64,000 nt of DNA. Origin: Deltaproteobacteria bacterium (lineage in GTDB: Bacteria; Desulfobacterota; Dissulfuribacteria; Dissulfuribacterales; JALVPX01). Below, one piece after another: positions 17,098 through 26,550 of the stretch (position 1 is its first letter; each line of letters begins with the position of its first letter). The notes beneath the pieces were generated by a model, which saw only the letters and a program-made list of their open reading frames with translations, was not told the origin of the DNA and searched no databases. The translations under genes and the position numbers were made by a program. The DNA is taken from the NCBI GenBank assembly GCA_027023445.1, contig JALVVK010000127.1:10615-74614 (forward strand), read 5' to 3'.

Positions 17098-18807
17098 ATG
17101 GGAAATCGAATACATGGCGACATAAAGGGGCTTTCACATAAGCAAAGGCGTTTACTGGAAAGGCTATACAGAAGAAAGGTACATCCTGACAGGCTGATTT
17201 CACCGGAACTGGCTCGCGCACTGGCCTCTGTCTCCGGGAATACCGGAAGGCAGGTTGCCGTTACCCTGGATCGAAAAGGCACGGTATGCCATGTAATACT
17301 TGGAGACAGCAATGGCATCCTTATCCCGGACCTCAGTTCCTTCAGACGGGGCACCGGCCGACTGAGAGGCCTGCGCTGCGTACACACACACCTTAAGCCT
17401 CTTGGAATAAACGATGAAGATCTTTCAGACCTTGCCCTCCTGAGACTGGATTCCATGGTGGCCATGGAAGTGGCGGACGGGCTACCCGGCCCTGTACATC
17501 TGGCCTATCTGCTTCCGCCCAATCCCGATGGCAAACAGTGGGAGATAGTGGATTTCAGGCATCCAGGCGCGGTGGACCTGCCATTCAAATCCTTTATCAT
17601 GGAGCTGGAGGGAGAGATACAGCGGGTTCAGGGCGCCAGGGAACTTGCAGGGACCGAGGAAAGAGCAATACTGGTGCATTGCGGCAGGTCGCCCAAGACA
17701 GACGCCGAACGTTCCCTGAACGAACTCAGGGAACTGGCCAGATCATCCAGTATCCAGGTACTTGAAACCATATATCAAAGAATTTCCAGGTACAATCCGG
17801 CCTTTCTGATGGGCAGGGGAAAGCTCAGGGAAATCCTGATGCGCGGGCTTTATCTCGGCGCCACCATGATAATTTTTGATCAGGCTCTTTCTCCTGTCCA
17901 GGCGAACAATATATCCAGGCTGACGGATCTCAAGGTCATAGACAGAACTCAACTTATCCTGGATATTTTTGCCCGCCATGCCCGAAGCAGAGGTGGGAAG
18001 ATCCAGGTGGAGCTTGCGCAGCTCCGCTACCTTCTTCCGAGGCTGGTTGGCAGGGGAATAGCCATGTCAAGGTTGACCGGCGGCATAGGAGGAAGGGGTC
18101 CAGGGGAAACAAAACTTGAGGTAGACCGCAGGCGGGTTAAGCTGAGGATCTCCTCCCTGGAAAAGGAACTCAGGAACCTTGCCAGAGGCCGTCGGGAGAG
18201 GAGAAAACGCAGGCACCGAAGAAATATCCCCCTTGTATCCATAATCGGTTACACCAACGCGGGTAAATCCACCCTGCTTAACCGGCTCACCGGGAGCAGC
18301 GTGCTGGCGGAAAACAGGCTTTTTGCCACCCTTGACCCGACGACCAAGGGCATGATCCTGCCCGGCGGAGGCAAAATCCTGGTTTCAGACACGGTTGGAT
18401 TCATCAGGCACATGCCCGGAGACATAAAAAAGGCGTTCAAGGCCACCCTGGAGGAGCTGGAAGACACACGTATTTTCCTGCACGTGGTCGATGCCACAAG
18501 CCCCTACAGAAAGGAAGAAATGGCAGCCGTGGAAAACATACTCCAGGACATGTCGCTTCAGCGCATACCAAGAATAGTGGTTTTTAATAAAATTGATGCG
18601 CTTTCCGGAGATGCCGGCCTGCCTAGGGTGCAGGGGCATCTCCAGGTAAAGATTTCAGCCCTTAAGGGTACAGGGATAAAAAGACTTATTCATACCCTGG
18701 AATCCATTCTGCGTTCCTGCCCACGCAGTCATAACGAAATCCAAGCCCACGAATCCGCGCCGGATCATGAATATTCCGAAGGTCAACAATGGCGGGGCTG
18801 GCCATGA
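17098..18807 (+). CDS. hflX: GTPase HflX, long form with ~190-aa N-terminal extension
   Basis: HflX N-domain plus G domain (G1 GYTNAGKST, G3 DTVGF, G4 NKID). The start is uncertain: ATG 17098 or GTG 17062. The last ~40 codons overlap the 3' end of ugd on the opposite strand. Confidence 0.85.
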   Translation: MGNRIHGDIKGLSHKQRRLLERLYRRKVHPDRLISPELARALASVSGNTGRQVAVTLDRKGTVCHVILGDSNGILIPDLSSFRRGTGRLRGLRCVHTHLKPLGINDEDLSDLALLRLDSMVAMEVADGLPGPVHLAYLLPPNPDGKQWEIVDFRHPGAVDLPFKSFIMELEGEIQRVQGARELAGTEERAILVHCGRSPKTDAERSLNELRELARSSSIQVLETIYQRISRYNPAFLMGRGKLREILMRGLYLGATMIIFDQALSPVQANNISRLTDLKVIDRTQLILDIFARHARSRGGKIQVELAQLRYLLPRLVGRGIAMSRLTGGIGGRGPGETKLEVDRRRVKLRISSLEKELRNLARGRRERRKRRHRRNIPLVSIIGYTNAGKSTLLNRLTGSSVLAENRLFATLDPTTKGMILPGGGKILVSDTVGFIRHMPGDIKKAFKATLEELEDTRIFLHVVDATSPYRKEEMAAVENILQDMSLQRIPRIVVFNKIDALSGDAGLPRVQGHLQVKISALKGTGIKRLIHTLESILRSCPRSHNEIQAHESAPDHEYSEGQQWRGWP

Positions 18808-20023
18808 TTTCCTTCAGCTTTTCCAGGTCGAGATTCCTGAATTCATTCCATTCCGTTACGACCACAAGGGCGTCCGCTCCCGTGGCAGCATCATAAGGAT
18901 CCCTTGCGTAGGTGATCCTGTCCGGGCCGAACAGCTTTTTGAATTCATCCATGGCGGCCGGGTCATATGCCCTGATCTCCGCGCCCATTTTGAGCAGTTC
19001 GTCCACAAGGGTAATGGCAGGAGACTCTCTTGTGTCACTGGTATTGGGCTTAAAAGACAGACCCAAAATCGCGACCTTTTTACCCGCGACGTCCCCTTCC
19101 ATAATGGATACCACCTTGTCAACCATCCGGAGACGCTGAGCCTGATTTACAGACATGACCGCGTTAACGATATTCAAGGGGCATTCATGGTCCCGCCCTA
19201 TCCTGGCAAAGGCCTCTGTATCCTTGGGGAAACAGGACCCGCCAAAACCGGGACCCGGGTGCAGGAATTTCGGCCCTATCCTGCGGTCAAGGCCCATGGC
19301 CTTTGCAACCTGATGGACATCCGCTCCGACCTTCTCGCACAGATTAGCCACCTCGTTTATAAAGGAAATTTTTGTGGCCAGGAAGGAATTTGAGGCGTAC
19401 TTGATCATCTCCGCTGTTTCCAGGTTGGTAATCACAAAGGGGGTCTCGATAAGATAAAGAGGCCGGTAAACGTCCTTGAGTATGGCTATGGCCCGCTGGC
19501 TGTCAGAGCCAAGGACAACCCTGTTGGGACGCATGAAATCCTCAACGGCCGCTCCCTCCCTCAGGAATTCCGGGTTGGACACGATATCTATCTCGGCAGA
19601 CCTGTTTTTACGGTTTTCCGTAACAATGGATTTTATCCACCGGTTGGTCCCTACCGGCACGGTGCTTTTCGTGACCAGGACCTTGTAATCATCCACAGCC
19701 TCAGCAAGTTCCATGGCAACGGCCTTGATCGCCGAAAGATCGACTCCGCCCTGTCCGTCAGAGGGGGTGCCTACCGCGATAAATACCACGAGGGACTGCG
19801 AAACAGCGGGAGCAAGCTTTGTGCTGAAGGAAAGCCTGCCATTGGCCGTGTTTCTTTCCACCAGCTCCCTTAACCCCGGCTCAAAAAAGGGAATCTCTCC
19901 CCGTTCCAACATCTCAATCTTACGCGGGTCATTATCCACGCAGATTACCTGCATGCCAAAGTCTGCAAGGCCTGCCCCTGCCACAAGGCCCACGTAGCCA
20001 CTTCCAATCACAGTTATATGCAT
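18686..20023 (-). CDS. ugd: UDP-glucose 6-dehydrogenase
   Basis: MHITVIGSGYVGLV Rossmann start and catalytic GGSCFPKD motif. 445 aa. Confidence 0.92.
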   Translation of the reverse strand: MHITVIGSGYVGLVAGAGLADFGMQVICVDNDPRKIEMLERGEIPFFEPGLRELVERNTANGRLSFSTKLAPAVSQSLVVFIAVGTPSDGQGGVDLSAIKAVAMELAEAVDDYKVLVTKSTVPVGTNRWIKSIVTENRKNRSAEIDIVSNPEFLREGAAVEDFMRPNRVVLGSDSQRAIAILKDVYRPLYLIETPFVITNLETAEMIKYASNSFLATKISFINEVANLCEKVGADVHQVAKAMGLDRRIGPKFLHPGPGFGGSCFPKDTEAFARIGRDHECPLNIVNAVMSVNQAQRLRMVDKVVSIMEGDVAGKKVAILGLSFKPNTSDTRESPAITLVDELLKMGAEIRAYDPAAMDEFKKLFGPDRITYARDPYDAATGADALVVVTEWNEFRNLDLEKLKEIMASPAIVDLRNIHDPARIRGLGFRYDCVGRNAEWIPGYE

Positions 20024-20066
20024 GTTATTTTCAGCTCCTTAGGGATAACAGATTTTTTTTGCTTCA

Positions 20067-21077
20067 CTATACCTTGAAATAATCTCTGTACCACTGGACG
20101 AATCTGGGGATACCCGTCTCCAATGGGGTTGCCGGCTTAAAACCGACATCACGCACCAGGTCATCTATATCCGCGTAAGTGGCGGGCACATCCCCCGGCT
20201 GAAGGGGCAGGAGGTTTTTGACCGCCTTCATCCCAAGGGATTCCTCGATAATTTCTATGAATCGCATAAGCTCAACCGGCTGGTTGTTGCCTATGTTGTA
20301 TATCTTGTAAGGCGCATAGCTGGAGCCGGGATCCGGATCATCGCCGGTCCAGTGTGGATTCGGCTCAGGCATCCTGTCAAGCACGCGAACCACGCCCTCC
20401 ACTATATCGTCAATATATGTGAAGTCTCTCTGCATCTTGCCATAATTAAAGACATCTATGGGCCTTTTCTCCAGTATGGCCCTGGTGAACAGGAAAAGTG
20501 CCATATCGGGCCTGCCCCAGGGGCCGTAAACCGTGAAAAACCTGAGGCCCGTACAGGGAAGGCCGTAAAGATGGCTGTAGCTGTGGGCCATGAGTTCATT
20601 GGCCTTTTTGCTGGCAGCGTAGATGGAAACCGGATGATCCACGTTATGGTGTACGGAAAAGGGCATTTTGGTGTTTGCTCCGTATACCGAGCTTGAAGAG
20701 GCATAAACCAGATGCTTGATATTATTGTGCCTGCATCCCTCCAGGATATTCAGAAAACCTACCAGGTTGGACTGCGCGTAGGAATGCGGATCCTTGAGGG
20801 AATGCCGCACGCCGGCCTGGGCCGCGAGGTTCACCACCGCGTCAAACCCTTCACTGGCGAAAAGGGACTCCATGGCGGCCCTGTCCGCAAGATCAGTTTT
20901 TACAAAACTGAAATTGGAATAGGGCTTAAGGAGTTCGAGCCTGGCATCCTTGATGGATGGGTCATAGTAATCATTTATTATGTCCAGTCCGACCACCGTT
21001 CTGCCTTCTTCAAGGAGGCGTCTGGACAAATGAAAGCCGATAAAACCGGCCGCGCCTGTCACCAGTATCTTCTGCAT
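20067..21077 (-). CDS. NAD-dependent nucleotide-sugar epimerase (UDP-glucuronate 4-epimerase-like)
   Basis: [14 protein letters not shown] and the YAASK catalytic motif. I prefer the ATG at 21077 (MQKILVTG); the track ORF starts at 21125. Confidence 0.85.
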   Translation of the reverse strand: MQKILVTGAAGFIGFHLSRRLLEEGRTVVGLDIINDYYDPSIKDARLELLKPYSNFSFVKTDLADRAAMESLFASEGFDAVVNLAAQAGVRHSLKDPHSYAQSNLVGFLNILEGCRHNNIKHLVYASSSSVYGANTKMPFSVHHNVDHPVSIYAASKKANELMAHSYSHLYGLPCTGLRFFTVYGPWGRPDMALFLFTRAILEKRPIDVFNYGKMQRDFTYIDDIVEGVVRVLDRMPEPNPHWTGDDPDPGSSYAPYKIYNIGNNQPVELMRFIEIIEESLGMKAVKNLLPLQPGDVPATYADIDDLVRDVGFKPATPLETGIPRFVQWYRDYFKV

Positions 21078-21185
21078 ATCTTTCCCGGGCATATATTCCT
21101 TTTTCCTTTCTCCGGGATGCCGCACGTCTCATCCCGGAAAGAATTCAGTTTCTCAAGTATTCGTAACAAGGGATATTGTCACCCC

Positions 21186-21340
21186 TGGACATGAAAACAG
21201 CCAACCACCCGTTTCCTCTGGTCACTCTATAATCTTTAAGTACGTTGTTATCTTAATTCAATATTCAATTCAATATTCAACACTTACCATTCAACATTGC
21301 CATCCCCTGTACCGTGCACCTTGTACCATGGACCGTTAAT
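21186..21340. repeat. Family B-related repeat mosaic with a 12-bp tandem duplication
   Basis: GGACATGAAAAC, then AATTCAATATTC x2 (about 21254-21277), then CACTTACCATTCAACATTG and TGTACCGTGCACCTTGTACCATGGACCGTTAATC. These resemble modules of 42085-42165. Confidence 0.5.
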
Positions 21341-23182
21341 CTATTCCACGGTCACGCTTTTTGCCAGATTTCTGGGCTGGTCAACATCGCATCCCCTTGC
21401 AACCGCTATCTCGTAAGCCAGAAGCTGGAGCGGGATCACGTACAGGAACGGGTTAATTTCAGGCGCCTGTGGACGGGGGCAGTAAATTACATGCCGGGTT
21501 ATCTTGGCAAGCCCTTTATCTCCCTTTTCACCAACTCCGACCACGATTCCTCTTCTTGAGCGCACCTCTTCAATATTACTTAGAATTTTTTGGTAAACAT
21601 GATCCCTGGGAGCAAGGGCCACAACAGGCATGTCCCGGTCTATCAGTGCTATGGGACCGTGTTTCATCTCACCTGCCGCATAGCCTTCCGCGTGTATATA
21701 GGAAATTTCCTTCAGCTTTAACGCTCCCTCAAGGGCAATGGGGAACTGAAGATCCCTGCCAAGGTAAAGGAAATCGGTGTTACGGTAAAAAATATCGGCA
21801 AGGGAGGCAGCCGCCTCGTGCCAGCCGGCGATATCATCCTGGATGAGAGCCGGAACCTGGATCAGGGCGGAGACAAGATCCTTCATCTCCTGTTTCTGCA
21901 ACCTGCCCCTGACCCGTCCGAGATAAAGGGCCAGAAGATACAGCGCGGTGAGCTGACTTGTAAAGGCCTTGGTGGATGCCACCCCGATTTCAGGCCCTGC
22001 GTGGGTATAAATGGTGCCGTCCGATTCCCTGGTTATGGTGCTTCCCAGGACATTGCATATGGAAACCACCGGAGATTCCAGTTCTTTTGCCATTCTGAGC
22101 CCGGCAAGGGTATCGGCGGTCTCCCCTGACTGGGAAACAGGCACGGTGAGTACCGTGGGATCCAGGAGAAGGTGCCTGTACCGGAATTCAGAGGCCAGAT
22201 CCACCTCCACCGGGATGCCAGCCCATTTTTCAATCCAGTATTTGGCCACCAGACCGGCGTGCCAGGATGTGCCGCATGCCAGAAGAACAACCCTGGTCAG
22301 GTTCCGTATCCTGTCTTCGGAAAGGCGGATCTCAGGAAGATCGATCTCGCCTGTCTCAGGCACCACCCTGCCCCTGAAGGTGTTGAGGATGGCCTGTGGC
22401 TGCTCGTAGATTTCCTTGAGCATGAAATGCTTGTGCCCGGCCTTCTCGGCCATGGACGCGTCCCAGGATATGGACCGGGGCGCCCTTGCTACAGGCTCAA
22501 AGGTTTCCAGGTTTCTTATTTCTATTCCCTGTCCGGAGAGAATGGCTATCTCCCCGTCTTCCAGAAAGAGCAGATCCTTTGTGTAGGGCAACAGCGCCGG
22601 GATATCGGATGCCAGGAAGGATTCACCTTCCAGCAGCCCGAGAACCAGCGGGCTCTGTTTCCTCGCGGCCACGATCTGATCCCCGTTTTTCTTCCAGAGA
22701 ACCGCCATGGCATAGGCGCCTTCGACCTCTTCAAGGGCCTCTCGCACTGCCTGCGCGAGATCTGTACGCAGGTACTTTTCCACAAGATGCGCGAGCACCT
22801 CGGTATCCGTCTCTGACTTGAACCGGTGCCCTTCGGCCTTCAGTTTCTCCCGGAGTGAATAATAATTTTCTATGATGCCATTGTGCACGACCACCAGGTC
22901 CCCGGTGCAGTCCGTATGCGGATGGGCGTTTGTCTCTGAGGGCTCTCCATGCGTGGCCCACCTGGTATGTCCGAGGCCGATGTGACTCCTGGTGTCCATT
23001 AAACCGTTCAGAAGCCGGTTCAGTTCGCCCAGCTTGCCCTGGCTCCTTTTCAGCACAAGTTTCCCATCCCTGATCCAGGCTATCCCAGCAGAATCATATC
23101 CCCTGTATTCCAGCCTCTTGAGCCCTTCCATCAGGATGGGTATTACCCTCCTGTGCCCAACGTAACCAACAATACCGCACAT
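21341..23182 (-). CDS. glmS: Glutamine--fructose-6-phosphate aminotransferase
   Basis: MCGIVGY N-terminal nucleophile, two SIS domains, and C-terminal ...LAKSVTVE. 613 aa. Confidence 0.95.
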   Translation of the reverse strand: MCGIVGYVGHRRVIPILMEGLKRLEYRGYDSAGIAWIRDGKLVLKRSQGKLGELNRLLNGLMDTRSHIGLGHTRWATHGEPSETNAHPHTDCTGDLVVVHNGIIENYYSLREKLKAEGHRFKSETDTEVLAHLVEKYLRTDLAQAVREALEEVEGAYAMAVLWKKNGDQIVAARKQSPLVLGLLEGESFLASDIPALLPYTKDLLFLEDGEIAILSGQGIEIRNLETFEPVARAPRSISWDASMAEKAGHKHFMLKEIYEQPQAILNTFRGRVVPETGEIDLPEIRLSEDRIRNLTRVVLLACGTSWHAGLVAKYWIEKWAGIPVEVDLASEFRYRHLLLDPTVLTVPVSQSGETADTLAGLRMAKELESPVVSICNVLGSTITRESDGTIYTHAGPEIGVASTKAFTSQLTALYLLALYLGRVRGRLQKQEMKDLVSALIQVPALIQDDIAGWHEAAASLADIFYRNTDFLYLGRDLQFPIALEGALKLKEISYIHAEGYAAGEMKHGPIALIDRDMPVVALAPRDHVYQKILSNIEEVRSRRGIVVGVGEKGDKGLAKITRHVIYCPRPQAPEINPFLYVIPLQLLAYEIAVARGCDVDQPRNLAKSVTVE

Positions 23183-23201
23183 TAGGACCTCCTTGCGTCT
23201 C

Positions 23202-24593
23202 TTACCTGGCCCCTTCCCGGAAAAGGATGGTTTTTACCGTCTTGAGAATGATATAAAGATCGAGCACCACGGACATGTGCTTGATATAATAGAGATCATA
23301 TGTCAATTTTTCCATGGCGTCCTCTACAGAGGCACCATAAGGATAATTTATCTGTGCCCAACCCGTAATGCCTGGCTGCACGGTATGTCTCTGGTCATAA
23401 TAGGCTATCAGCTCCCTTAACTGCGATACAAACACCGGTCGTTCAGGCCTCGGACCCACAAAGGACATGTCCCCCTTAAGAACATTCCACATCTGCGGGA
23501 TCTCATCTATCCTGAGTTTTCTTATAATCCTGCCCACCCTGGTCACACGATCATCGTCTTTTTTTGCCCATCTGGCGCCTTTATCCTCCGCGTCGCTTCT
23601 CATGGAACGGAATTTTACAAGGGTAAAGACCCTGCCATCCTTACCCACGCGTTCCTGTCTGAACAATACCGGCCCGGGGGAATCAATCTTTATAAGGATG
23701 GCGGTAAGGCATATAACCGGGAAAGAAATCAGCAGGCCCACGATGCTTGCCAGTATGGCAACCACACGTTTCCCTGTCATCATGAACCAGCTTTTCTGAA
23801 ATCCTTCATGAAAAATTAGCCAGCTCGGATTGATTTTGTCCACAATGATCTTTCCGGTGATTTCCTCGTAGAATGTCTCGCCTTCCAGGACCGCTATGCC
23901 CTGCATCTTGCACCTGAGGAGCTCCTGGACCGGAAGCCTGCCCCGTCTTTCATCCATGGCCACCACGATGCCCTCGGCGCCTGTCTCCTTTAGGCATGAC
24001 ATGTAGTCCTCAACATTATAAAAACACGGTATTCCCTTAATGGATTCCTGCCTGTCCTTTCCGCCATTAAGCAGGATGATGCCAGAAATCTTGAAACCGC
24101 AGTCCCCGTGTCCCTGCACCTCATTTATAATTTTTTCAGGAAAATCACCCTGTCCCACCAGCAGAAGCGGGGTTGTCCCCACCCCTTTCTTCAGTATCAC
24201 CACATATGCGAAACGCCAGACACTGCTGATGGCAACGAACACCAATATGCTTCTGGCGTAGATCCATTTCCCGGGCATAAGGGAGGGGAGGACAAAAAAG
24301 AGAAATCCAAGGGCAATGGACGCCCAGCCCAGGGCCTGAAACAGGGTTATGGCCATCTCAAGGTAGCTGTACCCGGCCCTGAAGGTATAAAGCCCATGGT
24401 AATAAAGGCTTAACAGACACACCAGGGAGATAAGCACGAGTTTCGCCCATAGAACGGGCGTATGGAGCAGTACGAAATTCCAGCCATGGCGGGAAAGATA
24501 TACCAGCACCAGGGAAAACAGGATAAAAAGGCCCTCCCCGGAAAAAAAGAGAAGCTTTCTTACGGGATATTTTTTCCCAAAAAGAGTAAACAT
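23202..24593 (-). CDS. Undecaprenyl-phosphate sugar phosphotransferase (EPS priming enzyme, EpsB/WbaP-like)
   Basis: Five N-terminal TM helices, a central CoA-binding-like region, and the C-terminal bacterial sugar transferase domain (PGPVLFRQERVGKDGRVF...GPRPERP). Confidence 0.88.
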   Translation of the reverse strand: MFTLFGKKYPVRKLLFFSGEGLFILFSLVLVYLSRHGWNFVLLHTPVLWAKLVLISLVCLLSLYYHGLYTFRAGYSYLEMAITLFQALGWASIALGFLFFVLPSLMPGKWIYARSILVFVAISSVWRFAYVVILKKGVGTTPLLLVGQGDFPEKIINEVQGHGDCGFKISGIILLNGGKDRQESIKGIPCFYNVEDYMSCLKETGAEGIVVAMDERRGRLPVQELLRCKMQGIAVLEGETFYEEITGKIIVDKINPSWLIFHEGFQKSWFMMTGKRVVAILASIVGLLISFPVICLTAILIKIDSPGPVLFRQERVGKDGRVFTLVKFRSMRSDAEDKGARWAKKDDDRVTRVGRIIRKLRIDEIPQMWNVLKGDMSFVGPRPERPVFVSQLRELIAYYDQRHTVQPGITGWAQINYPYGASVEDAMEKLTYDLYYIKHMSVVLDLYIILKTVKTILFREGAR

Positions 24594-24699
24594 CTTCGAC
24601 CAGATGACCTTATCCTGGCATTAAGCCGTTTAGCCTTGGAACACAGACATACACGACCTGTTCCCATGCCAGAGAGATAAAAATGAAATCCCTCGTCGG

Positions 24700-25575
24700 T
24701 TATTCAGGGTAACGGTAACATCTTTTGTAATAGGAATATTTGCGGGGAGTGACCTCAAAACCGTTGAAAACAACCCCAAGTATCCTCTCCCTTCCAATCT
24801 TCTCCACGGCCTGTTCTACTACATCCTGGAAGGATTTGCCATAACGAACCACCAGAATAACCGTATCCACGTGTTTCGCAAGGGTCAGGGTTTCAGCTGC
24901 CAGGTTTACAGGAGGGGAATCCAGGATTATGAAACGGTCCGAATATCTCTCCCTGGCCTCGGCCAGCATTGAAGACATCCTGGATGATGTCAAAAGCTCC
25001 GCCGGGTTGCGCGGGGTAGGCCCCGCCGGCAGGACCGTCAACTTTGTCAGCGGGGTTTTTACCAGAAACCTTGCAAGCGAATTCCCGGACTGGAGATAAT
25101 CCGAAAGCCCTTCCTGAGCCTGGATGCCAAGCATTTCATGGGCATGTGGATTTCTCGTATCCGCGTCTATGAGAAGGGCATAGGGATCTATTCCCTGGGC
25201 AATACTGACCGCGAGATTGCAGGCGACAAAGGTCTTACCCTCCTGTTCAAGGGCTGAGGTAATCAGGACAACGCGTTTTTCCTGTCCATCCCTGGGATAA
25301 AGCAGGTGGGAACGCAGCACCTTGAAGTTTTCAGCCGCAGGGGAACCCGGATGGTGATAAACTACAAGCCTGGGGCTGACACTGTTCTGTGTCTGGCCGG
25401 CAGGCAGGGATACGCAGCCCCCCCTTCTCTGGTGATCAGTGCCTTGTGGAGCAGGACTGGCTGCGCCCTCCCTGGCCTCACTCCTTTCATCCTCAGGGGA
25501 ACTGTTTATAACACCTGTTTTCTCAGTGACAGAGGCCTTGCCCGCCTTATCCAGCGCGTCAGCTATCTTTCCCAT
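24700..25575 (-). CDS. EPS-locus BY-kinase-like P-loop ATPase (tyrosine autokinase type)
   Basis: Walker A SALEQEGKT, A' LLIDADTRNP, B FIILDSPP, and a Tyr-rich tail KYSYYKRCYRY. I prefer the ATG at 25575. Confidence 0.8.
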   Translation of the reverse strand: MGKIADALDKAGKASVTEKTGVINSSPEDERSEAREGAASPAPQGTDHQRRGGCVSLPAGQTQNSVSPRLVVYHHPGSPAAENFKVLRSHLLYPRDGQEKRVVLITSALEQEGKTFVACNLAVSIAQGIDPYALLIDADTRNPHAHEMLGIQAQEGLSDYLQSGNSLARFLVKTPLTKLTVLPAGPTPRNPAELLTSSRMSSMLAEARERYSDRFIILDSPPVNLAAETLTLAKHVDTVILVVRYGKSFQDVVEQAVEKIGRERILGVVFNGFEVTPRKYSYYKRCYRYPE

Positions 25576-25591
25576 ATGAAACCCGTTGTAA

Positions 25592-26536
25592 TCACTCAGC
25601 CGTCCTTTCCAGCCACACAATCAAAAAACCTGCCACAGCGAGGACGAAAATTATAACCACATAAATCCAGGAACATGACCTCCCCTCGGATCTTCCTGAT
25701 TTTTCATTATTATTTCCGCCTGTGTCCTTTTGGTCTTTTATGTTCAGTTCGCCCGCGCATTCCTCAATTAATTTATCGTCAATAGTTCTGCAGTTCTTGA
25801 CAAAACCTGTAAGCATACAGCGGTCACACAATATATTTATCAGCCTGGGGACCCCCTTCGTATATTCGTATATCTTTCCAAGGGCCTTGTCTGAAAAGAT
25901 GTCAAGATCCATGGCACCGGCCCTGACCAACCGGTTTTTTACATACTGAAAGGTCTCTTCCCTGCCCATTGATGGAAGATGATAATAAAGTGTAATACGC
26001 TGTTTAAGCGGGCGGAGATCAGGCGACTGAAGTTTGGCGTCCAGCTCTGGCTGGCCTACAAGAATGATGTTTATAAGCTTACTGTTAGGCGTCTCAAGGT
26101 TGGAAAGCAACCTGATTTCTTCCAGCAGATCCTCGGAAAGGCAATGGGCCTCATCCACAATAAGCACCACGTTCTCATCCCGTTCATAGGCCTTTTCCAG
26201 AAAATGGGAAAACCTGACCAGAAATTTGGCCTTGTTTTCCACAGCCCCAAGCTGATAGGCCTCTGCCAGAAGGTAAAAAAAATCTTCCCTGCTGAGGGTC
26301 GGATTTGAGACAAACGCAACCCGCACCTCCTGTGGTATTTTGGTCAGGAGTGTGTGAATCAGCGTGGTTTTACCTGTACCGACCTCCCCTGTTATTACCA
26401 CAAAGCCCTTCCGGTGCGTTACGCCGTAGGTGAGATGCGCCAATCCCTCCCTATGGGCCTCGCTAAGGTAGAGGAAACCGGGATCCGGGGAAATAGTGAA
26501 AGGGTGTTTATTAAGATTGTAATAGGCCAGATACAT
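25592..26536 (-). CDS. ExeA-like AAA ATPase of PEP-CTERM-type EPS loci
   Basis: ITGEVGTGKTT Walker A, LIVDEAHCL Walker B and a C-terminal TM helix. I prefer the ATG at 26536. Confidence 0.75.
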   Translation of the reverse strand: MYLAYYNLNKHPFTISPDPGFLYLSEAHREGLAHLTYGVTHRKGFVVITGEVGTGKTTLIHTLLTKIPQEVRVAFVSNPTLSREDFFYLLAEAYQLGAVENKAKFLVRFSHFLEKAYERDENVVLIVDEAHCLSEDLLEEIRLLSNLETPNSKLINIILVGQPELDAKLQSPDLRPLKQRITLYYHLPSMGREETFQYVKNRLVRAGAMDLDIFSDKALGKIYEYTKGVPRLINILCDRCMLTGFVKNCRTIDDKLIEECAGELNIKDQKDTGGNNNEKSGRSEGRSCSWIYVVIIFVLAVAGFLIVWLERTAE

Positions 26537-26550
26537 GCAGGGGAACCCGT

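Noticed and set aside
21341-23201. Possible glmS ribozyme or other riboswitch leader for glmS, lysS, glyA or ribD.
   Set aside because: glmS starts 19 nt after the upstream gene's stop codon. ribD and glyA are internal operon genes. I recognised no conserved riboswitch core in the lysS leader (860-1178).
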